Assembly: GCF_009914755.1 (NCBI RefSeq)
Contig: NC_060926.1
Reading direction: 5' to 3' (one strand)
DNA length: 64,000 nucleotides
Source: the human T2T-CHM13v2.0 reference genome, Homo sapiens
The notes below the pieces were generated by a model, which made no database searches, was not told the DNA's origin, and saw nothing but the letters and a program-made list of their open reading frames with translations. Below are positions 15,454-28,911 of this stretch, piece by piece. Both the position numbers and the translations under genes were made by a program. Position 1 is the first letter of the stretch, and each line of letters starts with the position of its first letter.

Positions 15454-18400
15454 GATTTGCAGCTCTGACTTGGCTGGACAGAGCAGCATGTGGAGGCTGG
15501 CATCATGGTTTTTCTCTCAAACGACTGCAGGAATAAATCAGGAAACCTGACAGGACCCACAGACCCTCCAAAAGAAGTGGGTTGCTCCTGAAGGACCTGG
15601 GAGACACCCCAAGCACTGTACTGGTATCCATGGCTGAGAGACCTACAGACGTTTCACATCACAGGATTCTGCAGACAATCCCCAGTACAAGCCCAGAGTG
15701 TGGTAGACTTGCTGGGTGGCTAGATCCAGAAGAGAGATAACAATCACTATAGCTCAGCTCTCAGGAAGCCACATCCATAGTAAAAGGGGGAGAGTACTAC
15801 ACCAAGGGAACACCCCACAGGACAAAAGAATCTGAACAACAGCCTTCAGCCCTAGACCTTCCCTCTGATAGAGCCTACCCAAATGAGAAGAAACCAGAAA
15901 ACCAACTCTGGTAATATGACAAAACAAGGCTCATAAACAGCCCCCCAAAATCACACTAGCTCACCAGCAGTGGACCCAAACCAAGAAGTCCCTGATTGAC
16001 CTGAAAAGAATTCAGGAGGTTAGTTATTCAACTAATCAGGGAGGCTCCAGAGAAAAGTGAAGCCCAATGTAAGGAAATAAAAAAAAAGATACAAGAAATG
16101 AAGGAATAAATATTCAAGGAAATAGACAGCATAAATAAGAAACAATCAAAACTTCAGGAAACAATGGACACACTTATAGAAATGCAAAATGCTCTGGAAA
16201 GTCTCAGCAATAAAATCGAACAATTAGAAGAAAGAACAAAAGAGCTTGAAGACAAGGCCTTTGAATTATCCCAGTCCAACAAAGACAAAGAAAAAATAAG
16301 AAAGTATAAACAAAGCCTCCAGGAAGTCTGGGGTTATGTTAAACAACCAAACCTAGGAATAATTAGTGTTCTGAGGAAGAAGAGAAATCTAAAAGTTTGG
16401 AAAACATATTTAGGGGAATAACTGAGGAAAACTTCCCCCGCCTTGCTAGAGACCTAGACATCCAAATACAAAAAGCACAAAGAACACCTGGGAAATGCAT
16501 AGAAAAAATCATCACCTAGGCACGTTGTTGTCAGGTTATTCAAAGTTAAGATGAAGGAAAGAATCTTAAGAGCTGTAAGACACAAGCACCAGATAACCTA
16601 TAAAGGAAAACCTATCAGATTAACAGCAGGTTTCTCAGCAGAAACCCTACAAGCTAGAAGGAATTTGGGCCCTATCTTCAGCCTCCTCAAACAAAACAAT
16701 TATCAGCCAAGAATTTTGTACCCAGAGAAACTAAGCATCATATATGAAGGAAAGATACAGTCTTTTTCAGACAAACAATGCTAAGAAAATTCTCCACTAC
16801 TAAGTTACCACTACAAGAACTGCTAAAAGGAGCTCTAAATCTTGAAACAAATCCTAGAAACACATCAAAACAGAACCCCTTTAAAGCATAAATCTCACAG
16901 GACTTATAAAATGAAAATACAATTAAAAAACAAACAAAAAAAAGAAAAACCAAGGTATACAGGCAACAAACAGCATGACGAATGGAATGGTACCTCACAT
17001 CTCAATACTAACATTGAAAGTAAATGGCCTTATGCTCCACTTAAAAGATACAGAATTGCAGAATGGATAAGAACTCACCAACTAACTAAGTGGTACATTC
17101 AAGAGACTCACATAACACAAAAGGACTCACATAAACTTAAGGTAAAGGAGTGGAAAAAGACATTTCATACAAAGCGACACCAAAAGTGGGTCAGGAGTAG
17201 CAATTCTTGTATCAGACAAAACAAACTTTAAAGCAACAGCAGTTAAAAAAGACAAAGAGGGACATTATATAACGATAAAAGGCTTTGTCCAACAGGAAAA
17301 TATCACAACCCTAAACATATATGCATCTTACACGGGAGCTCCCAAATTTATAAAACAATTACTAATAGACCAAAGAAATGAGGTAGACAGCAACACAATA
17401 ATAGTGGGGGACTTCAGTACTCCACTGATAGCACTAGACAGGTCATCAAGACAGAAAGTCAACAAAGAAACAATGGATTTAAAATATATCCAGGAACAAA
17501 TGGATTTAACAGATACATACGGAACATTCCATCCAACAACCACAGAGTATACATTCTGTTCAATAGCACGTGGAACTTTCTCCAAGATAGACCATATGAT
17601 AGGCCACACAAGCCTCAATAAATTTAAGAAAAGTGAAATTATATCAAGTACTCTCTCAGACCACAATGGAATAAAACTGGAAATCAACTCCAAAAGGAAC
17701 CTGCAAAACCATACAAATACATGGAAATTAAATACATGGAAATTAAATAAATGATGAATGATCATTGCGTCAAAAATGAAATCAAGACGGGAATTTAAAA
17801 ATTCTTCGAACTGAATGACAATGGTGACCCAACCTATCAAAACCTCTGGGATACAGCAAAGGCCATACTAAGAGGAAAGTTCATAGCCCTAAATGCCTAC
17901 ATCAAAAAGTCTGAAAGAGCACAGACAATCTAAGCTTACACCCCAAGGAACTGGAGAAACAAGAATGAATGAAACTCAAATCCAGTAGAAGAAAGGAAAC
18001 AACCAAGATCAGAGCATAAATACATGAAATTGAAACATAAAAAAGATAAATTAAATAAAAAGCTGGTTGTTTGAAAAGATTAATAAAATTGATAGACCAT
18101 TAGCAAGATTAACCAAGAAGAGAGAAAATCCAAATAAGCACAATTAGAAACAAAACGGGAGATATTACAGCTGACACCACAGAAATACAAAAGATCATTC
18201 AAGGCTACTATGAACACCTTTATGTGCATAAACTAGAAAACCTAGAAGAGATGGATAAATTCCTGGAAAGATACAACCCTCCTAGCTTAAATCAGGAAGA
18301 ATTAAATACCCTGAACAGACCAATAACAAGCAGTGAGATTGAAATGGTAATTTAAAAATTACCAACAAAAAAAAGTCCAGGACCAGGTGGATTCACAGCA

Positions 18401-20520
18401 GAATTCTACCAGACATTAAAGGAAGAATTGGTACCAATCCTATTGACACTATTCCACAAGATAAAGAAAGAGGGAACCCTCCCTAAATCATTCTGTGAAG
18501 CCAGTGTTACCCTAATACCTAAACCAGGAAAGGACATAACCAAAAAAGAAAACTACAGAGCAATATCCCTGATGAACACAGATGCTAAAATCCTTAACAA
18601 AATACTAATTAACTGAATCCAACAATATATTAAAAAGATAATCCACCATGATCAAGTGGGTTTCATACCAGGGATGCAGGGATGGTTTAACATATGCAAG
18701 TCAATAAAAGTGATACACCACATAAACAGAATTAAAAACAAAAGTTACATGATCATATCAATAGATGCAGAAAAAGCATTCAACAAAATCCAGCATCCCT
18801 TTATGATTAAAACTCTCAGCAAAATCGGCCATACAAGGGACATAACCTCAATGCAATAAAAGCCATCTATGACAAACCCACAGCCAACATTATACTGAAT
18901 GGGGAAAAGTTGAAAGCATTCCCTCTGTGAACTGGAACAAGCCAAGGATGCCCACTGTCATGACTCCTCTTCAACACAGTTCTGGAAGTCCTAGCCAGAG
19001 CAATCAGACAAGAGAAAGAAATAAAGGGCATCCAAATCAGTAAAGAGGAAGTCAGACTGTCGCTGTTTGCTGATAATGTGATTGTTTACCTAGAAAAGCC
19101 TAAAGATTCCTCCAGAAAGATCATAGATCTGATACAAGAATTCAGCAAAGTTTCTGGATATAAAATTAATGCACACAAATCCATAGCTCTTCTATACATC
19201 AGTAGCAACCAAGCTGAGAATCAAATCAAGAACTCCACCCCTTTTACAATAGCTGCAAAAATAATAATAAAATACTTCAGAGTATACCTAACCAAGGAGG
19301 GAAAAGACCTCTCCAAGGAAAACTACAAAACACTGCTGAAAGAAATCATAGATGACGCAAACAAATGGAAACACATCCCATGCTCATGGATGGGTAGAAT
19401 CAATATTTTGAAAATGACCATACTGCCAAAAGCAATCTGCATATTCAATGCAATCCCCATCAAAATACCACCATCATTCTTCACAGAATTAGAAAAAATA
19501 ATCCTAAAATTCATATGGAACCAAAAAAGGGCCTGCATAGCCAAGTAAGACTAAGCAAAAAGAACAAATCTGGAGGCATCACATTACCTGATTTCACACT
19601 ACACTATAAGGCCATAGTCACCAAAACAGCATGGTAGTGGTATAAAAATAGGCACATAGACCAATGGAACAGAATAGAGAACCCAGAAATAAACCCAAAT
19701 ACTTACGGCCAACTGATCTTCGAGAAAGCAAACAAAAACATGAAGTGGGGAAAGGACACCCTTTTCAACAAATGATGCTGGGATAACTGGCTAGCCACAT
19801 GTAGGGGAATGAAACTGGACCCTCATCTCTCACCTTATACAAAAATCAACTCAAGATGAATTAAAGACTTAAACCTAAGACCTGAAACTATAAAAATTCT
19901 AGAAGATAACATTGGAAAAACCCTTCTAGACATTAGCTTAGGCAAGGATTTCATGACCAAGAACCCAAAAGTAAATGCAATAAAAACAAAGATAAATAGT
20001 TGGGACGTAATTCAACTAAAAAGCTTTCGTCTGGCAAAAGGAACAATCAGCAAAGTAAACAGACAACCCACAGAGTGGGAAAAAATCTTCACAATCTATA
20101 TATCTGACAAAGGACTAATATCCAGAATCTACAACGAACTCAAATAGATCAGCAAGTAAAACCAAACAATTCCATCAAAACGTGAGCCAAGGACATGAAT
20201 AGACAATTCTTAAAAGAAGATATCTAAATGGCCAACAAACATATGAAAAAATGCTCAACATCACTAATAATCAGGGAAATCCAAATCAAAACCAAAAAAC
20301 TGTAGAGATTCCTTAAAGAACTAAAAGTAGAACTATCATTTGATCCAGCAATCCCATTACTGGGTATCTACCCAGAGGAAAAGAAGTCATTATATGAGAA
20401 AGATACTTGCACACACATGTTTATAACAGCACAATTCACAATTGCAAAAACATGGAACCAACCCAAATTCCTATCAATCAATGAGTGGATAAAGAAACCG
20501 TGGTGTATATATATATATAC

Positions 20521-20582
<62 letters not shown>

Positions 20583-21024
20583 GTATATATATATATACAC
20601 GTATATATATATACACATATATATATATATACACGTGTATATATATATACACGTGTGTATATATATGATGGAATACTACTTAGCCATAAAAGGAATGAAT
20701 GAATGGCATTACAGAGACATGGATGAGATTGGAGACCATTATTCTAAGTGAAGTAACTCAGGAATGGAAAACAAAACATCATATGTTCTCACTCATAAGT
20801 GGGAGCTGAGCCATGAGAATGCAAAGGCATAAGAATGACACAATGGACTCTGGGGACTCAGGGGGAAAGGGTGAGAAGGGGGTGAGGGACAAAAGACTAC
20901 AAATGGGGGGCAGTGTATACTGCTCGGGTGATGGGTGCATCAAAATCTCACAAATCACTAAAGAACTTACTCACGTAACCAAAAAATACCTGTTCCCCAA
21001 TAACCTATGGAAATAATTTTTTTT
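15454..21024 (+). mobile_element. Near-full-length L1PB1-like element nested in L1MA ORF2
   Basis: L1PB-type 5' UTR (internally deleted), ORF1 pieces 16164-16784, ORF2 pieces 17404-20147, L1PB 3' UTR ending cccaataacctatggaaata; TSD aagtacaggcaa (15442-15453) / aagtacgggtaa (21025-21036). Confidence 0.9.
20504..20666. repeat. Compound (TA)n/(TG)n/(CA)n microsatellite
   Basis: About 25 uninterrupted AT units at 20531-20581 flanked by TA runs interrupted by acg, cac and acacgtgt. Confidence 0.97.
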
Positions 21025-22116
21025 AAGTACGGGTAATAAAAGCAAAAATAGACAAATGGGATTACATTGGGCTACAAAGCTCCTGCATGGCAAAGGAATG
21101 ATCAATAGAGTGAAGAGACAACCCATGATTGGGAGAATGTATTTGCAAATCCTACATCTAGTAAGAGGCTCATATCCAAAATATACAAGGAACTCAAACT
21201 ACTCAACAAGAAGAAAACAAATAATCCTATTAAAAATTAGGCAAAGAACTTGAAGAGATAGCTTTCAAAATAAGACACACAAATGGCCAACAGACAAATA
21301 AAAAGTGCTCAACATCCCTAATCATGAGAGAAGTGAAAATTAGGACTACAATGAGCTAATAATGCCTCACACCTGTTAGACTGGCTATCATCAAAAAGAT
21401 GAAAGATAACACGTGTTGCCAAGAATATGGAGAAATGGGAAACTTTGTACATTGTTGGTCAGAATTAAATTAGTACAGCCATTTTGGAAAACAGTAGGAA
21501 AGCCCCTTAAAGAACTAAAAATAAAATTAATTACCATAGGATCCAGCAACTCCACCAATGAGTATATATCCAAAAGAATTGAAATTAGTATGCCATAGTG
21601 ATGTCTGAGCTCCCATGTTTATTACAGCATTATTCACAATAGCCAAGATATGGAAACAACCTAAGTGTCTATCACTGGATGAATGAATTTTAGAAATGTG
21701 GCATATATACACAATAGATTATTCATCCATAAAATAACCAGGAAATTCTATCATTTGTGACAACATGGATGAAACTAGAGGCCATTAAGTGAAATAAGCT
21801 AGGCACCAAAAGACAAATACCACATTCTCTCTTATGGTATGAGTTCACACTCGTATTATGTGAACTCTAACAAAAGCTAGCCTCATGGAAGCCGAGAGTA
21901 GAACAGTGGTTACCGGAGGCTAGGAGGGAGGGTTAAAAAAATGGAAGAGGGGATGTTGGTCAATGGGTACAAAGTTTCTATTACATAGGAGGAATAAGAT
22001 ATGGTGTTCTATTGCACAGTAGAGTGACTATAGGTAATAACAATGTATTATGTATTTCAAAATAGCTAGAAGATAGGATTTTGAATAATTTCACTAGAAA
22101 GAAATGATAAATCTTA

Positions 22117-22406
<290 letters not shown>

Positions 22407-23609
22407 GATAACTCTTTGGGGTGATAAATATACTAATTACCTAATTTGATAATTACAAAATGTATGTACGTATCAAAACATCACATTGTAGCCCATAAAT
22501 ATGTATAATTACTATTTATCAATTAAAAATTAAAAATTAAACTAAAAAAAAAACAGTACTCCTGAAACACAGTTTTCTCTACTCTTATCTATTTCAATGC
22601 CCATTCCAACAATACCTGTACCTGGATAACTATTAATTTTAAGTATTCTTTATGGGGAAAATATCCAAGTTTTCTACTCGTTTCTCTGTTTCAGTTCAGA
22701 TACGATTGCAAAAGAATTAATGTATTTCTTGTAATGATTCTTGTCTTTCTAGTTCAGAGATTTTATAACCTGCTAGAGAAATGAACATTCTGTCTTTCTG
22801 ATTTTGGTTTGAAATTTGACATACACTTTTGCCAGGAGAAAATCTTTTATACATGTCAAAGGAGGAAAAGAAGTAGTTCAATCCTCTTGTGTTTTCTTTG
22901 AAGAAAGAAGGAAAGGTTTAATTTGGACAGGTATGATGCTCATAGAAATTCTGATAAAAGAATTCATCAGTGGACAGAAAGTGAACACACTTTCAAAATT
23001 TCAGTACTGTTTCTTGGCTTCATTATTAATAGACTTTCCATTTGATTGAGAAGGGGATACGCAGTTAAGAATATAACATTTTTGAAGTAACACTGTAAAA
23101 GGGTGAAGTGAATCCTCAAAACTGCATTTTTTTTTTAAAGCAGGAAGGAAAAGGAATATACAAAAATAACTTGCAAAAATGATGTCTCCATGTATGGTTA
23201 TCCAAAAATGTCCTATATTCACAAAATAATAAGTATTTCAAAAGGCTCCACCTTACATCAGTTGTTCTGGAGGAAGAAGGCTAGAAATGTGGTTGTTCTC
23301 TGGTATGTAGATTTTCCCTTAAGACTGAACTGGTTTGTACTCAAAGGCGGAGCTGCTAAAATAATGGAAAATTAAAATGGGAAAGAAGAGGAGAGAATCC
23401 AGAAATGTTGCAAGGTGGTAAAGGGGACATGGAAAAAGCTTGCCAATATTTTAAGCTCTGAATTTAGTTTAAAATGAATCTAAAGGTATTTTAAAAATTA
23501 AAAGAGGTCACAACAAAAAAATAAGCAGTTTGGACAGATGGGAAACAGAATTGAGCTAATTCCATTTTGACCTCCAAGACAGCAAAGATATAGCGACAAA
23601 GAGATGAGC

Positions 23610-23830
23610 ACTAGAATCAGACATATCTGACTCCAACAGTTGCTGGCTATGTAATCTTGTGCAAATTATTCAACCGTTTAGCATTTTTGATTTACTTATC
23701 TATAAAATGGAAAGAATAACTTTGCCTATGTTACGTGACTTTTTTGAAGATTATATGTAATAATGTTTAGGTTTGTTAAAGTGCTTAGAAGAATGTTCAG
23801 AGTAAAGGCTCAAGAGAGATTAGCTACTTT
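23610..23830 (+). mobile_element. MIR SINE
   Basis: ggctatgtaatcttgtgcaaattattcaac...atctataaaatgg core; ends aaagtgcttagaa. Confidence 0.65.
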
Positions 23831-23879
23831 ATTTATATATAATTATTCTTTCTAGCCTGTGCACTGGTCTCTTATTGTT

Positions 23880-24185
23880 CCTTGCACAAGCCAGATATAC
23901 TTCTGCCTCAGGGTATTTGTACAGTATGTTCCCTCCGTAATTTTTTCCCTCCAGATGTTCCTGTGGTTCACTCTCTCAGAACTCTCACATCCTTATTCAA
24001 ATGTCACCTGACTATCCTATTTAAAAATGCAAACATACCATTCTCTTTTCTCACTCTATTTTCTCCTCACCAGAAGTATGTCTGCAAGGGCAAGGATTTT
24101 TATCTGATTAATTTTGTTGATGTATGCATAGCGTCTGAAACAAAGCCTAGCACATAGAAGGTGCTTGATAAATTATTATTAATAG
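23880..24185 (+). mobile_element. L2 3' end
   Basis: tgcctcaggg, tcaaatgtcacct, gggcaaggatttt, cctagcacatagaaggtgcttgataaat. Confidence 0.65.
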
Positions 24186-24273
24186 AGTGGTCAACTTTGT
24201 CAAATAATGCTATCATCAAAATGAAATACTGCTTCACTGGCTTTTCCCATTCCATTGGCTTTTGGAGACTTAA

Positions 24274-24592
<319 letters not shown>

Positions 24593-24820
24593 TCAAGTTT
24601 GCTTTTAATGTTTATTTTAGCTCTGTTGTATCTGTATTTTCTCACAAATTGAGTGCAAAATATGCTATTCATCTTCTTAAGTCATCATACCTCATTCATC
24701 CCCTAGTAGGCTACCATTTTTCAATAACCATTCATTAACTTTATTTAGCTTCTGAATTGATTACTAAGCAAAAACAGTTGTTGCTTTTCTATGGCAAGAG
24801 AATTAAGATAAGCCAAGTCA

Positions 24821-25116
24821 GGCCAAGCGTGGTGGTTTATATCTGTAATCTCAGCTCTTTAGGAGGCTGAGGCAGGAAGATTACTTGAAGCCAGGAGTTC
24901 AAGACCAGCCTGGGCAACACAGTGAGTCCCCATCTCTACAAAAAAGTCAAAAAATTAGCCAAGCATAGTTGTATGCACGTGTAGTCCTAGCTACCTGGGA
25001 GGCTGAGGTGAAAGGATCGCTTAAGCCCAGGAGTTCAGGGCTGCATGAGCTATGATTACGCCACTGCTCTCCAGCCTGAACAACACAGTGAGACCCTGTC
25101 AATTAAAAAAAAAAAA
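24821..25116 (+). mobile_element. AluJ
   Basis: J diagnostics; TSD aagataagccaagtca / aagataagcaagtca. Confidence 0.92.
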
Positions 25117-25339
25117 AAGATAAGCAAGTCAACGGGAATCCATCTGTCTATTGCCAGCCTCTCTTTGCTGCCAAGAGAACCCCAACTTTCTAACTGTACA
25201 ATTCAAGAAACAGGCAATATAGACAAAACACATCCATTTAAAAAACTGGATTAGAGAAAAGGGCAAAAAGGGTGGGGGAAGGGGACAAGATGTAATTATA
25301 ATAGGACAATCACAATTGTCAACCATATTCTGATTATTT

Positions 25340-25770
25340 ATGTCCCAGAAATCATACCTAACACTAAAAATACATTACATTATTTTATTTAAAAATCTTC
25401 ACAACAGTACATTTTAAAATAAAGACTGTAATTGTATTGCTTGTAACTCAAAGCGTAAATGCTTGAAAGAATGGATACCCCATTCTCCATGATGTGTTTA
25501 TTTTATATTGCATGCCTGTATCAAAACATCTCATGTACCCCCAAATATATACACCTACTATGTATCCACAAAAATTAAAAATAAAAAAGTTTAAAAAATC
25601 ACAACACTATGATAGGGTACTATTGTTATTACCAGTTGATGGATAAAGTGGTGAAGCCTGGAAAATTTGAGGAACTTGTTTAAGGTCATATGGCTGCAAG
25701 ATGGAGAATCAGGATGTAAACCTTAAGCTCTCTGACCCCTGAACCCATGCCTGACCACCATACTATACTA
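25340..25770 (-). mobile_element. MIR interrupted by an L1MA 3' fragment
   Basis: tcacaaca...ctatgatagggtactattgttatt...aacttgtttaaggtcatatggc...aaccttaagctctctgaccc. Confidence 0.6.
25407..25592 (+). mobile_element. Short L1MA1/2-like 3' end
   Basis: atggataccccattctccatgatgtg...cctactatgtatccacaaaaattaaaaat; approximate TSD aaaaatc(tt)cacaaca. Confidence 0.8.
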
Positions 25771-26065
25771 ATGCCTTGGAAGGTTGGAAAGGTGAGAATA
25801 AGCTATCCTGAAGGGGAGAGCTAGGAGAAGGTATTATTCCACCTCAGACAATTTTATTTCAACAATAGCAAAAGCGCTGGTAGTTTTACAATCCCTCCGT
25901 CATAAGTGTTTGTGGAGATTCTACAAAGTATAAGGCAGTGAGAAGGGCTCTGAATGGGCACAAAAGCATATTAGACATGGTTCTTGTCCTCAAATTGGAG
26001 AAATAAAACACAGACAATAAAAGATGATGATTGAAAAGAAATATTAACAGTTTAATTCATTAGAG

Positions 26066-26264
26066 CAAGAGTTGGGGAACTTTTTCTATAAGCAGCCAGA
26101 TAGTAAATATTTTAGGCTTTGTATGTGTCACAATGACTTACCTCTGCCATTGAAGCACAAATGCAGCTATAGACAAAACATAAAGAATGTGGCTGTGTTC
26201 CAATAAAACTTTATTTATAAAAACAGTTAATGGGCTGCATGCCATGGTTGTTTTGCCAACCCTT
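26066..26264 (+). mobile_element. MER58A-like hAT-Charlie MITE
   Basis: ccagatagtaaatattttaggctttg, ggctgtgttccaataaaactttattta, terminal ttgccaaccc. Confidence 0.82.
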
Positions 26265-27364
26265 TTGTTGGGTTGGCAAAACTCTGAGACAATACATGGT
26301 ATATTTCTGAATGAGATTTTGGGACATTAGGTGCACTGGTAAGAGATAGGAGAAGAAAGTGGAGTCAAGGAAGAAGTAAAGAGGAAGGGACAAGGAAGGA
26401 GAAGGAGAAGCAGGAGACAGTAGTGTCATGGCAACCTAAGAAAAGGGATGGTGTGATTATGAAGTTTCCAAGGATGGTGAAGACTTCAGGTGGGCCTCAA
26501 AGGACGAGTAGGATTTTTGGAAAATGGGAAAATTATAAGAAAGACATCACTTAGGTTTATGATCCATCAGGTATCAAGGTTTTTTGGATGAATCTGGAAA
26601 ATAAAGATTTATGGAGAGGAGGATGGTTTTGTGTGGAAGGAAAGCTGGCACTAGAAATTCTGCATTTGAAAGCGATTAGTGCAAATACTTGCAGCTACAA
26701 TGCCTCTTCCTCCAAGATGGCGCAAGGCCTTTCTCATTGCTCCAACTCAGGCATGCCTGACTCTTTTGTCCACCCCATCTAACCTTGTGTGGAGCTTTCT
26801 TCTCCCTGCTGCCTTAGATTAAGTGACAAACATTCCTCTCACTTCATTTGCTGTATCTTAGAGCAATCAACTTTACTTAGGCTATATTTTAGACAAATTC
26901 ATGTTTCTTACTAGCCAGTGGGTTTTCTTGCCCTCAGTTTTTTTATTCCTTTGATTTTTCAATTTCTCTGAAGGAAAACACAGCCAAAATAAATTATACT
27001 CTTCGGTTTCTGCTTTTTGTGGTTATTTCATTCACAAGCAGTAATTTGATACAATTACAGAATGTTAGCCCCTGAAAGGCTTCTAAGATCATTTAGTTTA
27101 ACTCATTCATCTTACATTAAAAATGAGGCCCAGAGCAGAAGGGACTTTCCAAAGCCTCATAATTCTTACCACTTAGGACAGTCTTTTAAAAAAACTTTTT
27201 AATTAACCTTTTTTATTGGAAAATATAACACAATTACATGCTCTAATAAAACAAAGGTAAGCATAATAATTACTGACCAGACTGAACATCACTAGAGCAA
27301 AAATAGAGTAATGCTGGGCCCTTTCCAAATTACTCCCAACTTCCTGAAGCAAACATGGGCTTGA

Positions 27365-27545
27365 CTTTTTAAAATTGTGGTAAAATATACATAACATCAA
27401 CTTTACCATTTTAACCATTTTTAAGTGTACAATTCAGTAGCATTAAGTCTATTCACATGGTTGTGCAGGCATCACCACTATTCACCTCCAGAGCTTTTTC
27501 ATCATCCCAAACTGAAGCTTTGCACCCGTTAAACTCTAACTCTTC
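27365..27545 (-). mobile_element. L1MB-like 3' end fragment
   Basis: aaattgtggtaaaatatacataaca...taagtgtacaattcagtagcattaag. Confidence 0.78.
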
Positions 27546-27691
27546 ATATATTCTTGATTAAGAATTTCCCAGATAGAGTTCTTGTCTTTCCAAAGATAAA
27601 AAAAAAATTTTAAGGCAACATAGTGATTTGTGCATGTATTAGTTGAAGGGAAAAAGGTGAGAATAGAAAGAAGCTACTTGATAATTCTTTA

Positions 27692-27731
27692 TAATGGCAA
27701 AAACCGCAATTACTTTTGCACCAACCTAATA
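27692..27731 (-). mobile_element. Solo Hsmar1/MADE1 terminal inverted repeat plus TA
   Basis: taatggcaaaaaccgcaattacttttgcaccaacctaa-ta matches one half of MADE1; no partner half adjacent. Confidence 0.9.
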
Positions 27732-28911
27732 ATATTTAAAAGGATTTTCAACATCTGTGGCAGCCTTACAAGAGAATTAGGGCTGGAACTGATAACCACT
27801 TTCGTGTTAAAAGACACAGAAAATAACCTAAATGCCTAGCATTTGGAAGTGCCAATAAAGTCCCTTTTCAGGAACTCTGTAGAATCAGAGCACGTGCTAC
27901 AGAACACATTCTACCAACCCCTAAGGCTTCCTCTCTGGGACCCAAAGTCGAGAGCCATAATCCCTCAGTAACTGATTCCAAACAAACTACAGAATAATAT
28001 GTTTTACAATTTAAAAACATGACTTGTAGCCCTAGCTTTTCAACCTTTTATTACTCTTCGTAATGGAATGTTCATAGCTCCCCCATCTGAGTGGTTTCTC
28101 ATCACAGATAATAATTGCTATTTTTCTCTTGCCAACTGCATAAATAATGGAATCTTTTCTCCTATTTACAGAGTTCAAGAGCAGAGAAGGGCCCAGACAT
28201 GTTAGGGAGAATTCCAGGAGGTACAAGTTGAGAGAGGAAGTAGGTAGAGGCTGGCAGCAAATACCATCCTTCTCTCACCCCCTTCCTCCTCCAGAACATG
28301 TGCCTTCAGGGGAAACCAAGTTACAGTTTATATCAAAGGAATACTCTCAACAGAGAGAATACCCAAGTGCATGATCATATTCGTATACTCCTATTTGTCT
28401 TAGATATAATTGCATGTGTGCTCAAGTGAATACAAAGATTCAAAGTACCAGTGATGCTATTATCAAGACAACTCCATTCTGAGTTGCATTAATTAAACCA
28501 GGGCCACAAACATAACAAAAAAATGAAAAGCCAAAGCCAATTAAAAGCCACTCCTATCCTGCCTTAAGGGACTATGTCCCTGTGTTGTTCTACTCTGAAA
28601 AATACAGCCTTCTCCTTCTCAGGTATCTGAGGTTTCAGTAATCTCTAGGCTGAATTAGTTTGACTGCATCTGAATGCCTAAAAAAATAGAAATTAGCTAT
28701 ATTTTTAAAGGAGTCTCCATTCATCTGTTGACCTCCAGAAAACACTTGGAGTTAGCACCTTCTTTATTAGTAACATTACATTTGAAATTGTTTTGAAATA
28801 AAAAACATCTCTTCCGTTCTCCTGTTTCACCCTTATCGTCATCCCCAAGACATATTCCTCCTATACTGCTCATGTTCTGTCAGACTCCAAGTCATATTGC
28901 CTTTACTTCTT

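Noticed and set aside
17713-17745. 15-bp tandem duplication aaatacatggaaatt
   Set aside because: Ordinary slippage duplication in a dead L1
20368-20751. YI-repeat proteins
   Set aside because: Translations of the (TA)n microsatellite
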